Origin: a virus
Lineage: Duplodnaviria; Caudoviricetes
Length of the DNA: 55,946 nt
Direction: 5' to 3' (one strand)
IMG/VR virus record: IMGVR_UViG_3300031772_007968
Span: 1-55,946 of that record
The position numbers and the translations under genes were made by a program. Position 1 is the stretch's first letter, and every line of letters starts with the position of its first letter. Below the pieces are notes generated by a model that did not search any database, was not told where the DNA came from, and saw nothing but the letters and a program-made list of their open reading frames with translations. This document shows, in pieces, positions 10,300 through 19,373 of the stretch.

Positions 10300-10327
10300 A
10301 AGGGAAAGACGACAGGATCGCAGAACA
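10300..10327 (+). promoter_or_regulatory. AAGG-N19-GAACA motif
   Basis: Intergenic, upstream of 10382. Confidence 0.6.
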
Positions 10328-10381
10328 AATAACACAAGTAACCATGGTTTAATAACCCCCGTTAGGGGATGATCCGGAGAT

Positions 10382-11377
10382 ATGAAAATGATCACATTCA
10401 ACCTGAAGAAGTATCTTGAGCATGTCGCTGCGAAGAAAAGCGACAAAGGCGTCGTACACACCGAACTGCAGCTGAGGGAGAAGAAGCCCGTTATGGACAC
10501 CCCGACGCAGGTCACCGAAGTCCAGCTGGACAAGGATCGCGTCAATGGCGACGCCAAGCTCATGGAGGCGAGGCTGGAGAAGGTCAGGACTGGGTCGGCC
10601 GAAAGCCTGACCGAAGGTCTGTTGGACGACAGCAAGAGCAAGCTGGTTCAACACAGGAACAGCGAAGCCTCGGCGGGTAACATCGGCAAGTTGGAAGAGA
10701 AGCGGCTTGCTGGCGAAACCATGGAGAAGGAAAAGTATGAAGCCGCCTCGACAACCGAGAAGGACGGCCAATATCCGCTCGTGAAGGGCAAGGACGGCCT
10801 CAGGACCGCCGGAACCAAGACAGCCATCTATTCTCCGACGTGGCACACCAACATCGAGGACTTCCCCATCGAAGAAGAGACTGAGGGAAGGGACGCACCC
10901 GTCATCGCTCCGAGGTCGCTCGGCAAGCAGGACGTTGCTGATGTCGTGCAGGAATTCCTTCCCGAGCAGGAAGGCGGCTTCAACCTCGAGGACTTCGACA
11001 TCGGCTATACCGGGAAGGAAGGAAATCCGCGCGAAGAGGAAATGATCGAGGAGGTTCCGGATGTCGGGACAGCCACCGAAAGGGAGCTTGATCAGATCGG
11101 CAGAGAAGAGGGCGTGGAGGAATCTCCTGACGAATCCCTTTTCGATCTTGGCAACATCAACGTCTTCGATGCGGGCGGAACCAACATGGTTCAAGTCGAT
11201 TCGTCGTTCGATCCAATGGCCTTCAAGAACGCGAACGAAGCCCAAAAGCGTTCGGTCATATGGCTGAAGAGCCAGTTCCCCGAACTTTCGCTCAAGGCCA
11301 TCAGCGGCAACATGGTTCTGGACTTCAAAAAAGGCAAGCTGACGCTTGTTGTTCCCGAAGCCGTTCTCAAGCGTTGA
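10382..11377 (+). CDS. Putative internal head protein
   Basis: N-terminus MKMITFNLKKYL; repeats HTELQL, VTEVQL, LMEARL, LTEGLL; acidic C-terminal half; GGAG RBS. Confidence 0.75.
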   Translation: MKMITFNLKKYLEHVAAKKSDKGVVHTELQLREKKPVMDTPTQVTEVQLDKDRVNGDAKLMEARLEKVRTGSAESLTEGLLDDSKSKLVQHRNSEASAGNIGKLEEKRLAGETMEKEKYEAASTTEKDGQYPLVKGKDGLRTAGTKTAIYSPTWHTNIEDFPIEEETEGRDAPVIAPRSLGKQDVADVVQEFLPEQEGGFNLEDFDIGYTGKEGNPREEEMIEEVPDVGTATERELDQIGREEGVEESPDESLFDLGNINVFDAGGTNMVQVDSSFDPMAFKNANEAQKRSVIWLKSQFPELSLKAISGNMVLDFKKGKLTLVVPEAVLKR

Positions 11378-11936
11378 ACAGGTCGGGTTCTTCCGCATCC
11401 TGACGGGTAGCCGGTATAGCTATCTCCACGCTGAAGCTCGGTATGCCTAACCTCCGGCACACCGTTTCAACCGTCTTCGACCCCGCACACGGGTCATATA
11501 CCGTACCGTATCCCGGATAGTGGTTCAAGATCAGCCTCTCTATGAGGCTTTCTGGCTTCTTCCACTGGTGTTCCGCATTTGATATCAGGCAGTCTGTGAA
11601 TATCCCAGTGCGGTTCGACCAATGCAACTCCTTGTGAAACTTCACGAACCAAAATGTGATGGCTTCCACAAAACGGCTGTAATGCCTTGACGAGTTTTTT
11701 GTGGAGACTGGCTTGACCCAGTAGCCCAGCTGGTGGGGGCGGTTTGTCAGGCCCACCAGATCCTCGGGGTACATGAAGATGCACGACGGCATGTTGCGGG
11801 AGATGGCAAGATCAATGATGTCGTGCACCATCTTTGTGTTGTAGACTGGATCTGCTATCATGAGGGTGGTGTCGGCGGGAGGGGGGTTGACCCTGAAGTC
11901 CCCGTTCACAAACGTGTGTGCAGATCCTTTATCCAT
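11367..11936 (-). CDS. Minimal beta-class N4/N6 DNA methyltransferase
   Basis: DPVY (DPPY variant), HQWKKPESLIERLI, VYDPCAGS; ATG 11936 lies 7 nt after a minus-strand TATAAT (11949-11944). Confidence 0.75.
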   Translation of the reverse strand: MDKGSAHTFVNGDFRVNPPPADTTLMIADPVYNTKMVHDIIDLAISRNMPSCIFMYPEDLVGLTNRPHQLGYWVKPVSTKNSSRHYSRFVEAITFWFVKFHKELHWSNRTGIFTDCLISNAEHQWKKPESLIERLILNHYPGYGTVYDPCAGSKTVETVCRRLGIPSFSVEIAIPATRQDAEEPDLFNA

Positions 11937-11943
11937 GGGGTTG

Positions 11944-11987
11944 ATTATACACGGTGTCACGATTTTTCAGCCATCTAGTTGTATAAT
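11944..11987. promoter_or_regulatory. Divergent pair of TATAAT -10 boxes
   Basis: Minus 11949-11944 and plus 11982-11987, between divergent genes. Confidence 0.55.
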
Positions 11988-12014
11988 CCCGATCAAACCA
12001 TTAGGAGGTGTTCG

Positions 12015-12536
12015 ATGGATGCCAAAAGCGGAAAAGTAGAGATACGGAACCTAACCAAAAGCGGGATCATGATCAACAGCCTGAAGCTGGTCATCCCGCC
12101 CGAAGGAGCCATAATCAGGAACTCGGCAGATGGGGACGACCCAGATGTTGTAGGCCTGGTCAACATGGGTATGCTGTTGGTTGGCGAACCACGTCCGAAA
12201 ACCACGAAACCGCCCGCCCAACAGGTGGAGAAAAAGGCCGAAGAGGAAAAGAATCCGGCCGACGAAGAAGCTGATCAGCCTTTCAACCACGAGAGCACGA
12301 CAGCAAGCGCTGGCGACCAGATGGGCAGGGAGGCCACCATAATGGATCACGGTCAGGCGGTCAGGACAAAGATGAACCCCGGTTTGCACAACACGTCGCA
12401 GCCTCGGTTCATAGACGAGCCACCCGCTCCCGAAGCCAAACAGGAAACCAAGAGCGAAGGCAAAAAAGATGTCTCCGCCCCGCCCGCCGAAGAGGACGGG
12501 GGAAAACATCCGGCCTTCATAGAGATCGGTCGGTGA
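12015..12536 (+). CDS. Hypothetical protein
   Basis: AGGAGG RBS before ATG 12015; small N-terminal beta domain, then Pro/Glu-rich. Confidence 0.75.
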   Translation: MDAKSGKVEIRNLTKSGIMINSLKLVIPPEGAIIRNSADGDDPDVVGLVNMGMLLVGEPRPKTTKPPAQQVEKKAEEEKNPADEEADQPFNHESTTASAGDQMGREATIMDHGQAVRTKMNPGLHNTSQPRFIDEPPAPEAKQETKSEGKKDVSAPPAEEDGGKHPAFIEIGR

Positions 12537-12590
12537 GTTGTAGGGACGCCTCTTGTGACTGGAGTATGTGCCGATCCGTTGGGGTCTGGC

Positions 12591-12618
12591 AAGGGTTTCG
12601 CTCAGTTCTCTGAGAAAA
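12591..12618 (+). promoter_or_regulatory. AAGG-N19-GAAAA motif
   Basis: Upstream of the refined start at 12652. Confidence 0.5.
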
Positions 12619-12651
12619 ACAATTCAGGAAATTGTGATCGGAGAACGACAC

Positions 12652-13701
12652 TTGAATTACAAAACAGCATGGACTTTTACTCCGTTCGAGGGCAAGGATC
12701 TGAACCCCACCACCGAAAGGTCCAGAGCCGTCCCCGCATTCGGCGGAACTGACCTCATCCAGGATATCATCAATTTCAACAGGGGGAAAACGGTTGACGT
12801 CCACAGCCGCGGCCAGTGGGCGGAAGACAGGCAGACCCACAACAAGGACGTTGATAAGGCATATCGCGAGGAAGGCGACGAATATACCATCACAAAAAGG
12901 CTTCAGGAAAAGCGCAACCGCGACTCCACAAACGATGCGAAACCAACCGAGGAATTGTGGGTGGCCCATATGCCCGGCGGCAAGGATATGGTCTTCCCGA
13001 GCCACGAGGTCGCCATAGAGGAATTGCGAAAGAGGAAACTGCCCGTCAGGATACTCGAAAGGCGATTCGCACAGGTTATTTCAGGAACCGACATCATCGG
13101 AGCGGCTCTGCAGTCGTGCGTCATGATCAGGTCGTCGGTCGGCGAGTCCACCGAAATCGGAGCCGGCTTCTGCCTCGGTGGAGGAATATTTGTGACATGC
13201 GCACATGTCGTCCAAAGGTACGACAAGTTCAACATGCCCAAGGGAAGCCCCGAAAACCGCGGAGCCGTCAGCGTCGGTCGTGAGAACCAAGCGGAACCGG
13301 CCGAGATCGTCCATATCGATTACCAGAAGGACATCGCGATACTGAAGTCGGCAATGGCCTCTGAGGCCTTGTACCTCGGGGACAGTTCGCAGCTCCAGCA
13401 GGGGGACAGGGTTTTCGCCGTGGGCAGCCCAAGGGGGTTCGAGAACAACGTTTCGGACGGTATAATCAGCGGGTTGGACAGGTCGGTGTTCTGGTACGAG
13501 GGCGCTCCGAGGTATATCTTCACGGACGCTCAGGTTCTTCCCGGCAATTCCGGAGGGCCGCTCCTGACGTACAACGACGGTAAGGTGGTTGGAATGGTGT
13601 CCATGATAGTCGGTTCCGACAAGGGACTGTACGGGCTCAACGCCGCCATCCCCGCCAGCTACATAGCGAAAATCTTGAAGGAACTTGGGCTTTCGAAGTA
13701 G
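12652..13701 (+). CDS. Trypsin-like (S1C/HtrA-type, PDZ-less) serine protease with N-terminal extension
   Basis: Catalytic triad motifs TCAHVV, DIAIL, PGNSGGP; in-frame TTG 12652 with GGAG RBS. Confidence 0.9.
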   Translation: MNYKTAWTFTPFEGKDLNPTTERSRAVPAFGGTDLIQDIINFNRGKTVDVHSRGQWAEDRQTHNKDVDKAYREEGDEYTITKRLQEKRNRDSTNDAKPTEELWVAHMPGGKDMVFPSHEVAIEELRKRKLPVRILERRFAQVISGTDIIGAALQSCVMIRSSVGESTEIGAGFCLGGGIFVTCAHVVQRYDKFNMPKGSPENRGAVSVGRENQAEPAEIVHIDYQKDIAILKSAMASEALYLGDSSQLQQGDRVFAVGSPRGFENNVSDGIISGLDRSVFWYEGAPRYIFTDAQVLPGNSGGPLLTYNDGKVVGMVSMIVGSDKGLYGLNAAIPASYIAKILKELGLSK

Positions 13702-13705
13702 AATG
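13678..13705 (+). promoter_or_regulatory. AAGG-N19-GAATG motif
   Basis: Overlaps the protease stop codon; upstream of 13756. Confidence 0.6.
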
Positions 13706-13755
13706 AGTGTTTTAAGCCCCCGTGCGGGGGACGATCCACAATAAGGAGTTACAAA

Positions 13756-14310
13756 ATGAGCGGAAGCGTAACAACGGCGACGCAATTCACGAAACAACAT
13801 CTCATTGTCCAAGCTCTGGAGGCTGTCTGCCCCGAATGGGCTGGGAAAATTGAGATCAGGCAGGAAAACCAGAACCCCAACTCCCTGACCATGAAGACCT
13901 ACCATGGCACCGCGAAGGCGGATGTTGTCATCCGAAGCGGGAACATGCAGGGTCAGAACCAGGCCGAAAGGGGATTCGCCGACATGGGTCTCAGGCTTGA
14001 CCAGAACACGGGGTCATATGTCTGGGACATCAGCGACGTCGACAGAGGGACATACCAGAGCCAAAACCTCAACGAGACGTATGGCAAATACGGACAGGAG
14101 TTCGAGGGAGAGGTCGCATCAGCATATGCGGCTCTGGATCTCGCCGAACAGTGCGCCGCAAGGGGTGCGAGGGCTGTCAGCCCGATCGGTGTAGTCCCCG
14201 GGGAATATGTCGCGTCGGAACACGCTGGCAAGACCTGCTTCGGGGTGCTGATGGAGATCGACGAGGATCAGCTCAGGCAGATGGGCATTGCGGTACCAGC
14301 GGCACGGTAA
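13756..14310 (+). CDS. DUF1257 (Ycf35-like) protein
   Basis: MS...TQF...IVQALE, ADVVIR, FADMGL...GSYVWDISD resemble DUF1257; TAAGGAG RBS. Confidence 0.6.
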   Translation: MSGSVTTATQFTKQHLIVQALEAVCPEWAGKIEIRQENQNPNSLTMKTYHGTAKADVVIRSGNMQGQNQAERGFADMGLRLDQNTGSYVWDISDVDRGTYQSQNLNETYGKYGQEFEGEVASAYAALDLAEQCAARGARAVSPIGVVPGEYVASEHAGKTCFGVLMEIDEDQLRQMGIAVPAAR

Positions 14311-14337
14311 CAAGCGAAAAATGACAGGAGAACGCTC

Positions 14338-14571
14338 ATGAAGGTAACAAGCCTCAACAAGATGGCCGGAAGGAAGATCCAATTTTTCATTGTCGGCTAC
14401 CCCAACCTGGAAGCGAAGGCGGAAATGGTGAAGGGCCAGCAGCTTGGCAACTCGTGCCACAAGATACTGAGCACCATAGTCCCAGGGGTGAAGAAGGATC
14501 GGACGTCGTTCAACGACGGCCGGCCCGACGACCTCGAGTTCGAGCAGCACGAACAGCAGAGCCGAGCCTAA
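14338..14571 (+). CDS. Small DUF2997-like protein
   Basis: 77 aa directly after DUF1257; G-x-SC motif and Glu/Gln-rich tail; AGGAG RBS. Confidence 0.45.
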   Translation: MKVTSLNKMAGRKIQFFIVGYPNLEAKAEMVKGQQLGNSCHKILSTIVPGVKKDRTSFNDGRPDDLEFEQHEQQSRA

Positions 14572-14605
14572 CGGCCTCGACTTGTGAACATGTTGCGTAA
14601 GCCCA

Positions 14606-14653
14606 GAAGGGGCCTCCTAGGCCAGGAATCCGGTCTGGAGGCCCCTTTCCTTT
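14606..14653 (+). terminator. Hairpin, likely terminator
   Basis: aaggggcctcc...ggaggcccctt inverted repeat followed by a pyrimidine run. Confidence 0.6.
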
Positions 14654-14656
14654 CCA

Positions 14657-14684
14657 AAGGGAAAAACCGTTCCAACGGGGAATA
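14657..14684 (+). promoter_or_regulatory. AAGG-N19-GAATA motif, possibly leaderless
   Basis: ATG 14692 lies 7 nt after the motif with no SD. Confidence 0.7.
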
Positions 14685-14691
14685 ACACTTT

Positions 14692-17600
14692 ATGGCCGAA
14701 ATAGGTTTCAACACTTTTTTGCAGATGAAGGATCAGCTCCGCTGGTCGCGCGTCTCCCAGTGGGTCAAAGGACAGGGTGCCGTCAAGCACCTCATTTGGA
14801 AGGCGTTCAAGGTGACCGAGGGCAAGGTCGTCGACATTCCCCTGTTTTTCGCCTATGTCAATGTGAATTCGGCCACCAACAAGGCATCCGTTGCCTTGGC
14901 CGCGAATGTGCGTTTTGACCCAAGGGGATCTGGACAGCAGGTGATAGACTCCTTCCCGATAGGGGACATCGGATTGTTCGACGACCTGTTCGTCAAAGAA
15001 ATACTCTCCGACCGATATGGTATGAAGGAGGTTGACTTCTCCTTGACACCCGTCGGAATCGACACAAGAGTTCCCGTCGAGAACATAGTCAGGAGAACTT
15101 TCCTGGTCAACAAAACCAACAAGACTATCACCAACGTCTACCTGAGGAAGATCTCATATTCCAACGGCCGCGTCTCATACCGTGTGGAGACCGTATCGGT
15201 CAGCATGGTGATCGGCATTGCCAAGGGGGCAGAACCACAGAGGATCAAGCCTCAGGTACAATCCATACGCGAAGGCATGGACGACTTCGACAGAACCGTC
15301 AGGCAGTTCAAGTCGGTTGGCTATGAGGAAAGCGCAGAATCTCCAGAGGGGGCGAATGAGGCGAACTGGGACTTCGGTCTGAACCTTCCGCGTGGCATGG
15401 CCGAAGGGATAAGAAGGGTTCTTGGCAAGCAGGATCTCTCCACGGAAAACGAAAAGTTGGAAAACCTGTTGGCCGACCTTCCACAAAATGAAGACCGCAT
15501 ACCCGTTGCCGCTGCGGCGGCGTTCGAAAAAACATCGCAGAATGGATCAATCTCCCAATGGTACAGCGGCCCGATTCCGGATCCATCCGTGCTCGAAAGA
15601 TATGTCGGCACCCCGTCCGTAGAGGCTTCTCAGATCAAAGGAATGTTCGGTGGCGTCGACGAGGCTATATCCCTCGTCAACCAATATAACTCCTCGCTGT
15701 TGTCCAATATCGCCTTCATCTACAATTTCGCGACTTCTGGGGCATACGGTGTGTATCTGTCCGCACTCGACACCAAGATTAAGCATGCTGAGGTCAAGGA
15801 CGCCATGCGCGGCGAAGGATATGCCATCGAGGAAATGCCCAACGGCTCCTTCACTGCGTCACACCCCAAGAAGTCCGAGAAGGAGATCTCCGACGAAATG
15901 AAGAGGCACTATCAGGAGGTTGCCAACATGGGTGGAACAACCTTCGGGATCAACATGAACAAGGTCATGGATGCCGCCAGAAAGGACATAGGGGAGTCGC
16001 AGGGTATGACCCAGGACGACTGGTATGACATAGCCACAATGCATTTGGCCTCCACAATGGTTCATGAAGCAACTCACGCCAAGGGCGCCCAAAGTGAGGG
16101 GCCGGCTGAGTCTGCCGAGTCCAATTTCCTCCAGTGGATACTTCCGAAGATCAATGAGAAGAGACTGCAGAGGTTTAGAGCCGAAGGCAAGGAGGACCAG
16201 TTCGCACCGCTGTTGGTCAACCCCATGGCTCGCAGGGCTTCGTTCGAGAAGTCGGCTCAGTACGGAGCCCAGTTCATCACCCAGATCCCGCATTCGGGAG
16301 TCGGGCCTGCTCCTTGGGTGGGAACGATGTGGGATGCCGGAGGCGGGCCGATTGAATCCATGTTGGAAGGCGGACGTGCGGCCGGAGACTTCCACAAGCA
16401 CAACTCGATTGAAAAGCAGATGGCGACCATACGCGAAAAAAGGAATCCTGGGAAAGTCACAGCTTCTGACACCTATGAGGATCTGCTTGGCAAGGACAGG
16501 CAGCCGGTTGACGCATACAGTCACATCGAGACCCTCATGGAGGGCAGGCGCGAGCGCCCGCTCATCCTCCCAGTCAGGACGGCCGAGTCGGTTGGCGGGA
16601 TCATGAAAATCGCATACATGTTCGACAGGGACGGATCGTGTTTCGGATGGATGAACAACCTCGATCTGCCCATGGACGACCGCATGATGCCGTGGCCGAC
16701 ATCCAAGGAAGCTCTGATGTTCGACTGGGACAAGGTCAGGGAGCAGCCCAGGTACAATCCAGAATACGATCCGATGGGGATCTACTCGCGGTGGAAGGAG
16801 CCGAGGTTCGAGCCCGAATTGTGGGACAGGATGCTTGACGAGAGGCCGGTGTTCATGACTTCGCCAGCGAGAAGATTCGCATCGTCTGACGACGGCGACG
16901 GCAAACTTCACACCGGCATCATGGCGGCGATCCTCCTGTCGGCCTACAGGGCCATCCAAACTGGGATGATGAGGGGAACGAGGTTCATAAGCCCCAAAAC
17001 GATGACGGAAGCCATCAAGAAGTTTTACGGCTCCGACGGCGACCTGAAGGTGTGCGTCTTCGACGGGCCGCAGGGACACGACTCGGTGTGGGTCGTTAAG
17101 ACCTCCATCCCAGACGGGAAGATTGAGCTGGCTGACAAGTTCCTGGCAAGGAAGAATTTTGATCCGGTTTCAGAGGCTGTCTGCGACTATGTCTGCGGTT
17201 TGTCGTCATCGAAACGCCGTGCCATCAAGAGAATCATGGACTCGGTCTGCGGCCTGTCCAAGAAATGCGGCTTGTCCGACATCATGGCTTTCGGGGACTT
17301 CCCGATGGCCACGTATCTTGGCGACCCGCTCTTCTATGTGGGGGAAATCGAATTCGCCGGGTCTGACCCCGACCGCTGCGTCAAACTCGGCGAGCTTGTC
17401 GCAAAAGACCTTGGCGCGAAGGTCACGAACATCGGGCAGGATCCGTTCAGGCTGTCATGGGAATGGTCCGGCATCAGGTGCGGGTTCGACGGCGAGAGAA
17501 GCCTTGACGACGGGATGAAGGCTGTTTCAGACAGCGTTTCAAACCCCTCGCGGCATATGGCTGGCCTGACGGCAGAGATGCTGTCGTACAATCCGATGGA

Positions 17601-17955
17601 CAGGAAGGTCACGGACGTTTACGGGGTGGCCGACGCCGACCTCAAGGCCAAGACTGCCAGAACGGCTGTCAGCCCAGATGCCGCGCTGAACTGCAAGCCG
17701 TCGTCAGGAATACGAGCGGTAAGGCTCTCCATCAGGAACGGATTCAAGATCGAAGACGGCCTCCTCAGGGCAATCATGGAGCGCATGGACAAGCTGGTGG
17801 GCAGCACGTCGGAGGACGGCGTCTGCATACCGATCGTGGGGGATGTGCTTTCCAGGGATTTGGACAAGATACGAGAGAGCCTTGCGGGGTCTTTGAGGGG
17901 AACTGGGACTATAATCACGGAGGAGCAAAATGCCGACGCCACTAAGACCGAATAA
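14692..17955 (+). CDS. Multidomain protein: HExxH zincin metallopeptidase plus degenerate CCA-adding/poly(A) polymerase-like domain
   Basis: MVHEATHAKG...E..AE; C-terminal AFGDFPMATYLG, LTAEMLSYNP, DVYGVADADLKAKTART, IRAVRLSIRNGFKIE. Confidence 0.7.
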   Translation: MAEIGFNTFLQMKDQLRWSRVSQWVKGQGAVKHLIWKAFKVTEGKVVDIPLFFAYVNVNSATNKASVALAANVRFDPRGSGQQVIDSFPIGDIGLFDDLFVKEILSDRYGMKEVDFSLTPVGIDTRVPVENIVRRTFLVNKTNKTITNVYLRKISYSNGRVSYRVETVSVSMVIGIAKGAEPQRIKPQVQSIREGMDDFDRTVRQFKSVGYEESAESPEGANEANWDFGLNLPRGMAEGIRRVLGKQDLSTENEKLENLLADLPQNEDRIPVAAAAAFEKTSQNGSISQWYSGPIPDPSVLERYVGTPSVEASQIKGMFGGVDEAISLVNQYNSSLLSNIAFIYNFATSGAYGVYLSALDTKIKHAEVKDAMRGEGYAIEEMPNGSFTASHPKKSEKEISDEMKRHYQEVANMGGTTFGINMNKVMDAARKDIGESQGMTQDDWYDIATMHLASTMVHEATHAKGAQSEGPAESAESNFLQWILPKINEKRLQRFRAEGKEDQFAPLLVNPMARRASFEKSAQYGAQFITQIPHSGVGPAPWVGTMWDAGGGPIESMLEGGRAAGDFHKHNSIEKQMATIREKRNPGKVTASDTYEDLLGKDRQPVDAYSHIETLMEGRRERPLILPVRTAESVGGIMKIAYMFDRDGSCFGWMNNLDLPMDDRMMPWPTSKEALMFDWDKVREQPRYNPEYDPMGIYSRWKEPRFEPELWDRMLDERPVFMTSPARRFASSDDGDGKLHTGIMAAILLSAYRAIQTGMMRGTRFISPKTMTEAIKKFYGSDGDLKVCVFDGPQGHDSVWVVKTSIPDGKIELADKFLARKNFDPVSEAVCDYVCGLSSSKRRAIKRIMDSVCGLSKKCGLSDIMAFGDFPMATYLGDPLFYVGEIEFAGSDPDRCVKLGELVAKDLGAKVTNIGQDPFRLSWEWSGIRCGFDGERSLDDGMKAVSDSVSNPSRHMAGLTAEMLSYNPMDRKVTDVYGVADADLKAKTARTAVSPDAALNCKPSSGIRAVRLSIRNGFKIEDGLLRAIMERMDKLVGSTSEDGVCIPIVGDVLSRDLDKIRESLAGSLRGTGTIITEEQNADATKTE

Positions 17956-18958
17956 CAGCGACAACGACCAGTCGGGGTATTTCGACATGAGTCTCGAATC
18001 CCTGCAGTCTTCCATTTTCGCATCGCCGCTTGGCCTAAGGCAGGCTGGGATGCCCGACAAGGTGGCGGACGCCCTTTTCGAGTTCTGGGACAGGAGTTCC
18101 CCCGTGGGAGGAGAGGGGAGCGATGTGGAATTCAAGATCCCCGACGGATATCCCCAGGAAAAGGTGCTTATGCTCAAAACCGAGAACCTCGTTTTCGGGG
18201 ATGCGAACGTCGTCAAACTCACCGAGAAGGCCAAAGCGGCCATCACGACAATGATCCTCGCGGAAGAGAACAACGTCAAGAGGGGAGCAGTGAAGAAACC
18301 CTACAGCGTCCTTTTGGCAGAATCGAAGATGCCCAGGAGGAGTAGGCTGGCTTTCGCGTCGGTTGACCTGACGGGAAAGACTGCTCAAGGGACAAACCTC
18401 GTTGTCCGAGCCGACACCAGCACATCTCCGAACGCCCCCCTTCCCGCCGACAAGATGCCGAACAGCAGAACGACATTTGTGTGGTCGCAGAGGGTTACTT
18501 ACACCGACGGGTCGTCGAACAAACAGTATATCGTAAGGGTGTACGAATATGACGACGGGACATATGGTGTGGTGGCCTTCAACGGGCGCATAGGACACGG
18601 TCTTGCCGTGCAGCCGAAGGGGATGTTCAGGAACCGTGGCGTGGCTGAAAGCCTTGCCGAGGAAGTAGTGAACTCGAAACTCGCCAAGGGCTACCGACGG
18701 GAAGGCGACAACATGCAGGCGCCAGGCCGGCCTTACGTGATTGACGCCGCAAGAGGACGTAGTGAACGTCCGCGCGACCTCGGAGTTTCGCCAGCCATCA
18801 CCCCCGACAGGACGAGAGTCGCCCCGGCCCGGCCCCGTGCAAAGCCCGTTCCGAAGCCGGAGCCGGAATACAACATTGACAAGGTGCTGAGGGAATGGAA
18901 GCCGGCTGACATTTCTGAACTTACAGGTGATGACGATGACACGCCAGTCTTTTCATAA
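17930..18958 (+). CDS. WGR-domain protein
   Basis: GSSNKQYIVRV...YGVVAFNGRIG...AEEVVNSKLAKGY; GGAGGAG RBS; TATAAT at 17910. Confidence 0.8.
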   Translation: MPTPLRPNNSDNDQSGYFDMSLESLQSSIFASPLGLRQAGMPDKVADALFEFWDRSSPVGGEGSDVEFKIPDGYPQEKVLMLKTENLVFGDANVVKLTEKAKAAITTMILAEENNVKRGAVKKPYSVLLAESKMPRRSRLAFASVDLTGKTAQGTNLVVRADTSTSPNAPLPADKMPNSRTTFVWSQRVTYTDGSSNKQYIVRVYEYDDGTYGVVAFNGRIGHGLAVQPKGMFRNRGVAESLAEEVVNSKLAKGYRREGDNMQAPGRPYVIDAARGRSERPRDLGVSPAITPDRTRVAPARPRAKPVPKPEPEYNIDKVLREWKPADISELTGDDDDTPVFS

Positions 18959-19373
18959 AAGGGCCGCCAAGCCTCCGTCTTCAGATTCCCTCTCAATGAG
19001 AGCTTTCGACAAGAGGGAAAAACACGAGGATAATTTTGTACTGAAGGCGTTCGCGAATGAGGAGGGGCAACCCGACAGCTTTGTCATGAGGGCTTTTGAC
19101 AGGTTCTCGAAGTCTGATTTTTCGTCAAGGGCTTTCGACAGTTACGACAGGGAGACAGGCAAGCCAACCGAAACCAGGGCGGTGCTGTCGGTGCGGATTC
19201 CGCCACACATGAGGAAGGCGGATGTTCTGAAGGCGGTTGTCGCAAGGCTGCCTGTCGGATCCCGTGCGGGGATGTCGGGATCGATGCTCATGACGGTCGA
19301 GTGCGACAAGAGGGAAGTCGGGAACGCCACCGACGTTCTTGGGTCGTCAGGTTTGCATTGGCAGGAGGAATAG
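18927..19373 (+). CDS. Hypothetical protein with short (R/K)AF(D) repeats
   Basis: SLSMRAFDK, FVLKAF, FVMRAFDR, FSSRAFDS; start uncertain. Confidence 0.6.
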   Translation: MMTMTRQSFHKRAAKPPSSDSLSMRAFDKREKHEDNFVLKAFANEEGQPDSFVMRAFDRFSKSDFSSRAFDSYDRETGKPTETRAVLSVRIPPHMRKADVLKAVVARLPVGSRAGMSGSMLMTVECDKREVGNATDVLGSSGLHWQEE

